Source of the DNA: Takakia lepidozioides
Lineage: Eukaryota > Plantae > Bryophyta
Reading direction: 5' to 3'
NCBI GenBank assembly: GCA_030704615.1
Contig: CM060733.1
Location: forward strand, 39,556,001 to 39,620,000
Length of the DNA stretch: 64,000 nucleotides
Of the stretch, positions 13,360-24,856 are shown piece after piece. A program made the position numbers and the translations under genes. The notes under the pieces were generated by a model that worked only from the letters and a program-made list of their open reading frames with translations, was not told where the DNA came from and did not search any database. The number at the start of each line of letters is the position of its first letter. Positions within the stretch are counted from its first letter, which is position 1.

Positions 13360-15541
13360 ATGGAGCCTCAAAGTGACATGGTAGAGTATGTTCAGAGAAT
13401 GCTCAGAGATAGGGTCCCCTTAAAGAACATTGCTGAAGCATTGGGTATCCAAGATCTCAGACAATTGAAGAGATTCATGTCTAAAGCTTTGGGCCATCCC
13501 TTCAGGGTCTACCACCAATTCACAGTGGAAGAATTGTGCCAAAAGATAAGGGAGCTACTTCCGATTGAAGAAAACGGGGTAAATTGGGGTATCAAACATG
13601 TCAAGGTGGCCTTATGTAGGCATAACATCAGGGCTTCTGGACGGAAAGTAGCTGCTGCCGTGACAATCATTTCAGGTTACCATTACGATTGCAGGCGAAG
13701 CGCAAGGCGATTGCAGAGGCTTCAGTACAACGTAACATTGCCAATGGCACTTTGGCATATCGACTATGATTAAATTCTTTGACAAAAATCAAAATCTAAT
13801 AGTTTTCAAGAGTGTTTCCTATCTCTCATGCCCAGCATAGATATGAATATCTTTAGCCCGAAGGACTTGTCCCACTTCGAGTTGTTTCCTTTGGTTAGTC
13901 AATCCTTAGAGGTTGACAGTGCCCAGCCTCAAGCCAGCCCTTTGCATGTTGCCAGCCCCTTGTCGTCTAGGTAGCCTATGGTTGTAGAGAGACAGAGAGA
14001 GGGGGGAAGAGCATTGGAAGTTACAGGGGGGAGACCTGCATAGACCTGCATATAGACGGCACATACACCTTTCTTGTCACTTCCCTTTCAGGATATGGAG
14101 AAGAAATAGCGCACCTGAAACTCAAATGTAGCTATACCTGCAGTGAGGCCTGGAAGTACCCCCCTTACACACTTCTCACCTGCTGCCAAAACTAATGTGG
14201 TGGGTCTCCTGTCCCATTATCAGTTTTTGGCAGGGTGGTGACATCATGCAATGGCAGGTTCCTCCCACCCTGCCCCACTGTCAGAACAATCCTCATTTGA
14301 AGAGCCTTGAGGAGTGCCGTGGCCACCCAAAATCTCTAGGAATGGTTGTGGAAACATATATTGTCGAGGAGATAGACGGATGATGTAGAGTATTGTACAA
14401 TTGTTTTCAGAAAATGCCAAGCACAAAATTTCACAATATATTTGACTTGTTCGTGTTTGTTGCAGCTTATGATAAACTGGTGATGTATGGTCTTCGAGTT
14501 CATGCTGGGATCGATGGTGCTTCCCACTTTGTGCTACGGGCAAAAGTTGCTCGAGATAAGAAAAAACAAACAATCTTTGAAGGATACAATGAAGGTGTCA
14601 TGAAATTTGGACCTCCGTTAAGGATTCGATCTGATTTTGCAGCAGGGCATGTCCTCATCAAGCAACACATTGAGTCTGCACGCCCTGACATGCCCAATGG
14701 TGCCTTTCTGACACGGTCTTCCACCAAAAATCAAAGGATTGAGCATTGGTGGCGACACTTGTGGGAGAAGGTGATGTTCTTCTATAAGAACTGCTTTCAA
14801 GCTATGGAGGACAGAGGTTTGTTGGACAGAGATGATCCATTTCAACTGGAATCTTTTATCGCAATCTATCTTCCCATTGTCCAAGCAGCCGTGGAGGAGT
14901 ATGTGGGCATTTGGAATGCCAACCTTGTTCGTAGGATCAACAAAAATGGGCGTTTTCGTCTAATGCATGTTCCAGCTCGGTATTTCAAGGAGTATGAGCG
15001 TCTCCAAGGGTATAACCATTATCTCATTTGTTTTTTAACTTGTGTTTTGGTTGATCTGGTTCCTCTTCACCACATATACTATCTTCAGAGATGGGTTGAG
15101 CTTTCAACTTCCAGTTTGTAATTTTTGCACCAGCCAGCGAATCTTCAAAAGAGAGAGGGAGAGAGCTGAGAGGTAGGTTACTTTATTTTACATGTGTGAT
15201 GATTGAATTGTGTGTAGGTGGACCAGCCACATTGAGGATTTACATCATTTGGAGATAGCGATCACTTGGGGCCTCGTGGGATGCAACAGTGGATCACGCG
15301 AAATCGAGTTACACCTCCAAAAGTTCCCGAGCTTCCTCCAAATCTTGTTATATTAAGGGATGCAGCATATGAGACTGGAAAGGTCGGAAAAGACTCAGTG
15401 CAGTGCTTTCAGCTTCATTACTACTTATCAGGTTATTGTCATATTGCGACTCAAGCACAGATATATCTGGACAAAATTGATGTCACAGAGGTATGTGCAG
15501 CAAGCCAGGAGGCTCACCAGTTGCTGATTGCTCATAGGTAG
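13360..15541 (+). pseudogene. IS3EU-type DDE transposase (HTH plus integrase core), multi-exon, probably defective
   Basis: Exon A: LKNIAEALG (HTH), RRLQRLQYNVTLPMALWHID. Exon B from AG at 14465: YDKLVMYGLRVHAGIDGASHF, FGPPLRIRSD, SSTKNQRIEHWWRHL, YVGIWNANLVR. Triad is WHID / RSD / RIE. No GT donor follows WHID (gactatgattaa), which suggests a lesion. Confidence 0.85.
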
Positions 15542-17055
15542 ATACTGGCAAGAGTCGCAGCCTTGGAAAAGGCCAAAGAGGTTCATGGTGACTTATCAAA
15601 GCTGGAGCGATAGACCTCGGACCGAGTTTGGACGGAAGAGAGAGAGTTGACAGAGAACTGCAGGGCATCTCACCTTGAAATGAAATCACCATCACTATAT
15701 CAGATACTGAAAGTACGACAGTTGCCCGATTTCTCTCTTTCAAGGACAAAGAGAGATGTGTGGTTTGGTTATTCTTGGGCGCAGGCAGCTGGAGAGATGG
15801 GGAAGGAGTGGGTGGCTACAATAGCAGAAGGGGGTTCGGCAGGAGACTGGCTGAGCAACTCACTCTGCAGTGCAGGACATCAGGCCAATAACCTTGTGCA
15901 GCTCCAACTCACTGGCGCCCTCACTTCCGCCATGTTACTTTGTGTCCTGTGTTCAGTAGCCAGGGCAGTTCCATGTGAACACATTAAGCTGTGCTTGATT
16001 GTGAGCCTGGAGTGGGTGGTAGCTGGAATAGTGAAAGGAGCTTCAGAGAGCTTAGTTGTGAATTTGTCTATTGCAACTTCCATTGAGCTTTGAGGGGCAC
16101 ACTCTGATGCATTCTGGGTTTGTTGTCATTGATTTAGACTTGGCCAGTTTTTGGCTCCTCCATCCCATGCCTACAATGCAACTATCCCAAAGCTCTATAA
16201 TTTGCTGAACAAGTCTGGCTTTGGGTGAAGGGTGATTTGAATTCACTACTCTCCTTTACCTTCAACTTATGGCTTGCTGCAGCAATGGTGGGAGGGGGGA
16301 AGCTCACTACCTATAGTGAACTGCCATAGCTTATGAACTCTGGTTAGGTATGGACATTGTCTGGGTGGTTCTTTTGCCATTATTTCTATAATGCAATTGA
16401 GAGACAGGGGTTAACTATCAGTGGCGAGGGTGTGACAGTGTGGCCATAATTTTGGGAATGCTACTGTTTAGTTTCTGAATACCACAGACATTCTTGCTTG
16501 TTTCAACATAATGCAGCAATGTGAATGGAACTGCCCTTCCCTACATGCTTTTCAATGAAGACAAGGTATTGAATTACAGATCCTTCAAAAACTGTTTACT
16601 CTGCACACCCCAAAGTGAAGAGAAACATGACCTCTTGTCACATCTCCTTTGATGGCGCAGAAGTAATATATCAACGTTGTGCTGGAGTGAAATGTTGAAT
16701 TGAGAAGCTATCCTGGATGACACATTATTATAAGAGTATTTAATTAACTGCCAATTGCAGTTTCAATCTAACTCTGCCTGTGGGTCCTACCCAAATCCAT
16801 AGTCTAAAATCCAGTCTTACCAGCAGCTTTGTTAAGCTGCACCTGGTAAGCAGGTTAAGTACAAGTGCCCTTGATGGTGAGAGAGCACCACTAGACCTGC
16901 ACTCTAAAAGTGAAGGTGTCTTGTCCAACTGAGCTTTCAGGGGAAGGCACAATTCAAGTGAGCTTGATGCCTGGGAAAACGGGCCTTAAAGGTGCCTTTT
17001 GACATCTTTTCTATTCAATCCATACATGCTACAGTGTTGTCCTTATGCACACTTA

Positions 17056-19294
17056 TAGGGAATTCCAAAAAGGCCTTGATGTGAAATGCATCGCAATTCA
17101 CTTGATCACCCCCTAAAAGTGCGCAATTCAATTGAACTAACCCTAATTTGCAATTCAATTGAATTGTCGGCACACGATTCAATTGAATTGGGAATTGGCA
17201 ATTCAATTGAATCGCTAGTTGGCAATTCAATTGAATTGCTGACTACAATTCAATTGAATTGTAATCTATAATTTTTAACTTATTTCTGTATATAATATAT
17301 ATGTATATATTTAAATTATACATATATACATACACAAGTATAAGCTAAAAATACATGTTGCCCGTCTATTCTTGCTGTCCGTCTGTCAATGCTTTGCCCG
17401 TGGTAAGGCTTGAGCCCAAGATAAGCCTAAGGGAGAGCGAGAGAGGGAGAGAGATAGAGGGGAAGTCACGAAGCGCTTGTAAAAGCGGGATTGTCTCTCT
17501 TTGTGGATGTTGGTGCCAATATATGGCTAAGTACATATACCAAACATGATACCAATGTAAGAGTATCAACGTGTAAGAGTTTGATATATTAAACTTATAT
17601 AGAACACACATCCCAACTTCAACATGATACCTTTGTAAGGGTATCCAAATTTTTGATAATTCTCAAGATGAACATATTTTTTGTTTTCTTTGTCCTGGGC
17701 CAGATACTAGTGTTAGGGGACTACATGGTGATGCAGGGGAAGCCTTTCATCAATTGTCAGGTTTGATTTTGTCTGTTTTTTTCGGAGCCAGCCATGTTTC
17801 TTTTGCCAGTGAATCACAGGAAGCTGCTGATCTGTCTCCGTCTCTCCCTTTCTCGCTGAGGCTGAGGGTGGTTTCACAACTCCACAATTTCCTCAAGGGC
17901 ACAAGAAAGAGGGCCAGCAAGAATAGACGGGCAACATGTATTTTTAGCTTATACTCTTATATATGTATAAATATAATTTGAATATATACATGTACATATA
18001 TATTATATTATATATACAAAAAATAAGTTAAAAATTATAGATTACAATTCAATTGAATCGTGTGCCGACAATTCAATTGAATTGCGCACTTTTAGGGGGT
18101 TGTAGGGAATTCCAAAAAGGCCTTGATGTGAAATGCATCGCAATTCACTTGATCACCCCCTAAAAGTGCGCAATTCAATTGAATTGCAAGGGCAATTCAA
18201 TTGAAACTAACCCTAATTTGCAATTCAATTGAATTGTCCGCACACGATTCAATTGAATTGCGAATTGGCAATTCAATTGAATTGCTGACTACAATTCAAT
18301 TGAATTGTAATCTATAATTTTTAATTTATTTTTATATATAATATATAATATATATGTACATGTATATATTCAAATTATATTTATACATATATAAGAGTAT
18401 AAGCTAAAAATACATGTTGCCCGTCTATTCTTGCTGGCCCTCTTTCTTGTGCCCTTGAGGAAATTGTGGAGTTGTGAAACCACCCTCAGCCTCAGCGAGA
18501 AAGGGAGAGACGGAGACAGATCAGCAGCTTCCTGTGATTCACTGGCAAAAGAAACATGGCTGGCTCCGAAAAAAACAGACAAAATCAAACCTGACAATTG
18601 ATGAAAGGCTTCCCCTGCATCACCATGTAGTCCCCTAACACTAGTATCTGGCCCAGGACAAAGAAAACAAAAAATATGTTCATCTTGAGAATTATCAAAA
18701 ATTTGGATACCCTTACAAAGGTATCATGTTGAAGTTGGGATGTGTGTTCTATATAAGTTTAATATATCAAACTCTTACACGTTGATACTCTTACATTGGT
18801 ATCATGTTTGGTATATGTACTTAGCCATATATTGGCACCAACATCCACAAAGAGAGACAATCCCGCTTTTACAAGCGCTTCGTGACTTCCCCTCTATCTC
18901 TCTCCCTCTCTCGCTCTCCCTTAGGCTTATCTTGGGCTCAAGCCTTACCACGGGCAAAGGATTGACAGACGGGCAACAAGGATAGACAGGCAACATGTAT
19001 TTTTAGCTTATACCTATGAATGTATATATGTATAATTTAAATATATACATATATATTATATACAGAAATAAGTTAAAAATTATAGATTACAATTCAATTG
19101 AATTGCGAGTTGACAATTCAATTGAATTGCCAATTCGCAATTCAATTGAATCGTGTGCTGACAATTCAATTGAATTGCAAATTAGGGTTAGTTCAATTGA
19201 ATTGCCCTTGCAATTCAATTGAATTGCGCACTTTTAGGGGGTGATCAAGTGAATTGCGATGCATTTCACATCAAGGCCTTTTTGGAATTCCCTA
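17056..19294. mobile_element. Nested non-autonomous IS3EU-related element, inverted dimer (fold-back), 6-bp TSD CACTTA
   Basis: Ends TAGGGAATTCCAAAAAGGCC and its reverse complement; CACTTA at 17050-17055 and 19295-19300; a third TIR copy starts at 18103; mirror-image ORF pairs whose coordinates sum to 36351; many palindromic CAATTCAATTGAATTG subterminal repeats. Confidence 0.92.
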
Positions 19295-19778
19295 CACTTA
19301 ACTCTTGTTCAGTTAGGACCTACAAAAGTTCCACCCTTCAGCATATACAACGCTCCAGACAGATAAGAGGCACTATCTAACTGTCAACTGCAGCTGGACC
19401 ATTGACACTTGTACACACAACAATTGGGTGGTGGAAGCAGACAAAAGTACTATCAATCTTCATCCAAAATTTCTTAACCTCTTTTGCAAGACTACTAATA
19501 ATAATTATCTTTTATCTCAAAACTCATTTATCAATTTCAGCTTTGAATATTCCATTCATCCATACCAATTTTAATGTAAAAGATTCAAGAAAGCTCATTG
19601 TTCATCTATCAATTTCAACTTATGTAGCTTTGAATATTAAATTGATCCATACCAATTTGAACGTAAAAGATTCAAGAAAGCCTTCTTCCTCTTGCATACT
19701 GATTGTGTGGCCCTTCAGGAGCAGCAAGTCCATCAGCACATTTGTCAGCAGTGGATAGCAGGTCTGTAAGATACTAAG

Positions 19779-22700
19779 ATGGCAACAGAAGACATTGATG
19801 GCTGCAATCAAGAGGAGTCTACTCCACCTTTGCGGGTAGCTGTCTTTCCCAGGGAAATTCAGGCTAGAGGGCAGCAATTTGCCTTCCCCCCACGTTTTGG
19901 ATCACCTACAACACCTTCTACTTCTAGGCCACGTACTCCCCGCCCTAAACAAATTGGCAGGAGGATTTACTTTTGGCCCAGGTCTGCCCAATGGACTCAA
20001 ATCAAAGGCATACTGGTACCTCTTTTGGTTGAATGGCCAAAGGACCTCCCCTCAGTGCTAGTATCTCTTCCTGCATCAACTATTTGGGGAGGGTTCACTT
20101 ACCCAGAGCCATTTTCAGTGGACAGTGTAGAGTTCCAGGTTGCAAAGTCGTTTTCAACTCCTCCAACTGCCTCGGGCCTTTTTTTCAAGAGGTCAAAGAG
20201 ACCACAAGGATCAGCCCCTCATAGGGGCTACATCCTCCAGCCCTACCGGTGTGAGGAGGGAACCTGTTGGGGCAAATTGCCATCCCAGGCCTTTGTCATC
20301 TATTGCCCAGACCCCACTACTATGCCAAGGGAGGGGGTTGCCGCCTATACAGAGTTTCTACGACGCCCCATTGACCCTCCTGGATCTGAAATAGTTGTAG
20401 CTGGGTCCAATCACCTGCAAGCATCTCGTCTTCGACTTCAACGGCCACCTCCATTTCATGGACCTGCAACAACAGACAACTCCGATGATGATTTTGAAGA
20501 ACTGATGCAGGGACGCCCCCGACCTCGGCTCATGGTGACAGGTTCCTCTTCTGATGCAAGTGCATCCCAGCATCCTTCGATTGCTCAAAGAACTGGGCAG
20601 GGTACCTCTAATTCCATCCACTTTCCCTCTGAATCTAGGTTTCTCTTGCATCCAAGTCTAGAGGGAGCTTCACCTGTACATGATTTCGGAGCCACATCTT
20701 CACAGGGAGACAATGACGTTGTCCACTTGGGAGATGCACCCATACATATCGACATCCACCTCTTCAACTTGCAAGAGAGGTGGGTCGAGTGTCAGGATGC
20801 TTACTTTCAAGCCATAAATGAAAAACAAGCCCTGGACAAACATCACGACTCTGACCCTCGTGATGAAGTCAGATCTAAAGCATTTTGGGCCGCCTTCACA
20901 GACTTTGAAAACTTTATGAAAGTATGTCAAGACCTTACTAGGAGGCAGTACCTGACAAGAGGTGTGGTGAGCACTGAGGCTCATCTCACCAAAGTGGTTA
21001 TGCACCCCACTATGAGTATGTACACACCTACTGATATTCGGCGGGAGTTTGAATTGAGGGCCAGGCCTTTCTGGACTAATTGGGATGACTTTGAGGCAGC
21101 AATGAAGCGTATCACCGATGATGTCATACGTGCCAAAGCGAGTTCACTTGTTAACACTTATGGGGGAGGTTCTGTTAGAACAGGCCAGGATCATGCCTTG
21201 GCGCTGTTGGATGTTGACACAATCCTCCAAGATCCTGCCTTCACTAAGTTCACAACTAGGTCTTATGTGTAGGCCAACCACAGAAAACAGGAGGGAGGAG
21301 GAATCTTCTTTACTTGATGCCCGAGAGAAGGTAGATGACGCGTTGCTGGCATATCAACGCTACTATCTTTCTCACACTGTTTTTGAAGGCTACAACCATA
21401 TGCTCAGGACCTCTACACAGATTCAGGACACACATATCCAGGTACATGTGTACTACTATGTGGCATATGCCTACTATGCCACCACTCTGGTTTAAGCCAA
21501 TCCTTGACTTCCTTGCTCAGACTGGTTCATTCATGATGATCAATGCCTACCGCTACTTTGCATATAGGGATAACCAGAAGGTCATTCCCATTGATTCTGC
21601 AATCCTAATGAGCCTAGGGCACATTATTCTGACTACTTTTAATGCCTGTTTTATGCTCTATACGTAGGTACACCAAGGGCGGGAGTTTCTAATATTTGCC
21701 ACACACTGGGGGGACGGTTTGCGCACCAACAAACTCTGCTATAGACCAAAAATCAACTATGTTCACGGGAGTGGAATAGAAGAGATGGGGACAATTGACG
21801 AGAATGGTTTGAGAGATAGTTGGTTGACGAACATTTGGAAACAGTTCTGGTCCCTCCCTTATGTAAGAATACGCTCCCTGCCCACTAGGAAGCCTAGGAA
21901 GCCCCTTCTAGTTTGAAGTGCCCATTGTGCCACAACTAACAGAGGGAAACCCAAAGAGACAAGAAGACAACACAAAAAATAGATAGCGAGAGCAAGATAC
22001 CTTTCATGAAGGAAAGAGATGAGCCAGCATTGGAGGTTGCAAAGGACAACAGTGAGGAGCCAGCCAGTAGGAGGCTGCCACCACTGCCACCACTGCCCCC
22101 TGATGATGGTGGCGTGGTGTTGCCAGTGGCTGAGGTGCCCATACCCATAGCATCACCATGTGCATCTTTAGTTGTGGGCTTCAGACCAAACACGTGAACT
22201 GTGCCTTTGTCACTGGAGAGCCCCAGCCATTGAGCATTTGCTGAGAAAGCGATACTGTAAATGTTTTGGTCAGCTCCTCGCCGAAGCTGCTCACAAAACC
22301 ATAGGGCTCTTTAGTATCTCTACAATAACATACTTCTATATCCCTTCTATGACTGTCAATCCATTGGCATCACAGCCAATCATGGTTGGTTTGCTGTCTT
22401 TCCTGAATGCAACATGGAAAGAAAGATTACAACAATTTTGGTTGGTTACAAGGAGTTCACTCATCTAAGGATCACTTTGTTTTGCTGGCGATGTACTGTT
22501 TAAGTTCCCAATGTGCACTTCACTCTTAAAAGGAAGCGCTCACTTTTTTTTATATCAGAACCAGCAGTTGGGGTGAGACTGACAGATTTCGATATAGAGA
22601 ATTGCATCTACAGAGTGAGAGAAAATGTGGCTGGTGAGGAGGGAGAGGCAAAAAGACAGACTTGTGGATTTCACTACATTTCTTTAATCTCCAAGGTGTG

Positions 22701-23991
22701 CATGTGGACAGTTGCTTGTGTGCATCAAAAATTCAACCTTACTGATATCTTTCATCAGGGACCTCTTTCATCTAGAGGTAGCTTCCAAGAAGGCTAGGCT
22801 GGGGTGTGTTACTAAGTGTTTGGTGTGGGGGTCCCTTGCAGAATCATCAAGGGATATTTGAATATCCTGATAACAACCACGGAAAAATCTTGCATCCCAA
22901 GAATGATGAAGATATCTTGAGGCATGAGCAAGTAGACACGGTAAGTGCCATAATCAGCTACATCTTTAAGTTTTTCAAATCAGCCATGGTAAATTCAACT
23001 TATTTACGTTAATTGTAACTGATGTGCACATTGTGTCATCCACAGGCACAGATGCTAGGACACCTCCTCTTCATGATTGCCTCATGTGGACTGGAGGTGT
23101 CTAGATACTTTTCATTTGCAACACTGCTGATGATATGTGATCAAGTCCCTTCTTCAATGGACTAGTCAAAGGGGGTGTGTCCCAAGCTCCGCGGAGACTT
23201 GGAGCGGGATTTCAGATTGGGACTTCAAAATGGTCATTTCTTCAGCAGCTGCGCAAATCTAAGAACTATGAAGCTGCGCAAGAGATTGTCCACCAACTGG
23301 CTGCAAATGAATTGAACGAGGACCTTGGGTGGAGTTTTGAAAGTTTCAAACTGGATGAAGAAACTTGGCCTTCACAGGTATTGTCTTATATGCAATGAAA
23401 ACAAATGCATAAAAACAATATTTGTGCTTCAATTGCTTTTGATTGATATTTTTTGTCTTGATTGGTGGCTTCTAACAGGTGGAGGATAAGCTAGGAGCGA
23501 TTGTGTACAGTCACCTTTTCAGTGGAAGGGAGACGGTAGGGAAAGCCCTACGCGAGGGCTTTTACATGTCAGTTGCAACAGCTCCAACGTCCCAAGCAGT
23601 AAAGGAGAAATTGAAGGATTGTCTTCGAGACCGTCTGAGCCCCGAGAACCTCAGGGTGGTCTTCAATGGCGCTTGTGCCATTGAGGCACAAGACTTCCTA
23701 AGGAAATGCAACTTTTGCTCGTCTGTGGATAAAACACAGCAAGACTTTTTCAAAAGTTGCATTGAGAAGATGACCTACACCGAGCGATCGCGCCTCTCTG
23801 TCTTCATCACGGGCCTCGAGTACTTTGGAGGCAAGGAGATTACCATCGACCTGTTAAACAGGATGGACGAGCCATGTGTTCAGGCGTCCACTTGTCTTTC
23901 ACAGCTGTATCTCCCTCCTTACAAGGATGCGGACACAATGCTGAGAAAGATGAAGTACTCAACTATGGACACTAGCTATGGGAGACCTTAG
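19779..23991 (+). pseudogene. Transposon-borne HECT-domain E3 ubiquitin ligase gene, multi-exon, with frameshifts
   Basis: Last exon: ERSRLSVFITG...VQASTCLSQLYLPPYKDADTMLRKMKYS..SYGRP (HECT C-lobe with catalytic Cys). N-lobe-like EEMGTIDENGLRDSWL at ~21780 and IFEYP...AQMLGHLLFMIA at 22855-23080. GT-AG introns 22941-23045 and 23378-23478. A 497-aa N-terminal ORF precedes the domain; frame breaks near 21270 and 23165. Confidence 0.8.
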
Positions 23992-24177
23992 ATTTGCGTG
24001 CTGCCAGCACAAAATGGGGAAGGGCTTACCATAGCCAGCTTGTGAGTCGTGTGACTGGCCTTGGCCTCCTTTGACTGCGCATAGAAGGCTGTATACACTG
24101 CCGTAGCCTAGGTTGATTCCCCCACTGTCACCTGTAGCCCTCTACCTTGCAGCACATTGAGAAAACAATTGCTGACC

Positions 24178-24690
24178 TGTAAGCGCTGTTGTGTGTTTCC
24201 ATCCACATAAAACCTGCCACCCCAAATCAAGGGCGTACATAGCATAAGATCATTTGGTAAGCATGGTGGTGTCTGAATCATTGTTTGGGTTACTTGCTTT
24301 CCCCACTGCCAGAAGTCTTTCAGGTGAAGCAGCCATTTGTTAAGGGTCAGGGAGGCCTCATGACATGGATGGAGCTGTCAGAGGCCGTATTCATTGGAGT
24401 CCCACATGTACAGCTCGCCACGCCCTTAGATCACCACACAGAAGAGCAAACTGATCCATAGTAAAAGATATCATAAATAGGAAAGAGAAGAAAAAAACCT
24501 ATAGTACATTCCAATGCATGTGCAAAACTTCCCAGGCCTTTCTCAGCACTAGCCCCATGATGAGGACACCAAGAATGTGACTTACAGGTGATAGCGCCCG
24601 TGTGGTAGCCACCGCAAGAAACCTCCACAACAGCAGGAAGGGCAGGCACTTGGACTGCCTCCCTCTTTCTCTGTGTCTGAGACAAAGTTC
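24178..24690 (-). pseudogene. Captured RCC1-repeat gene fragment (2 exons plus intron)
   Basis: VQVPALPAVVEVSCGGYHTGAIT|gtaagt, then GELYMWDSNEYGL* and QVLCGWKHTTALT. Confidence 0.75.
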
Positions 24691-24856
24691 AAACGTCTCT
24701 CTTCCCCTCAACCCTAGGAAGTAGGTTCCAAGGATCATCTTATGACAGCCCTACAGATAGGTCTAAACAGATAAAACTTCAGCAAACAAAAGGAAGCCAT
24801 ATCCATAAGACTGAGAACAAACATCCAATTGACATGGTCAGAAACCAGTGACCTGC

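Noticed and set aside
14393-15121. LTR-retrotransposon integrase
   Set aside because: No adjacent RT or RNase H; introns, TIRs and the 6-bp TSD indicate a DNA transposase.
15647-17013. Possible third gene on the minus strand of the IS3EU-like element
   Set aside because: Only short broken ORFs without motifs; unsupported without sister copies.
17355-18996. Duplicated small ORFs (64, 75 and 81 aa) on opposite strands
   Set aside because: By-products of the fold-back duplication; no protein features.
17093-19257. CRISPR-like appearance of regularly spaced palindromic repeats
   Set aside because: Spacers are only ~5-8 bp and recur, there are no cas genes, the context is eukaryotic, and the repeats are transposon subtermini.
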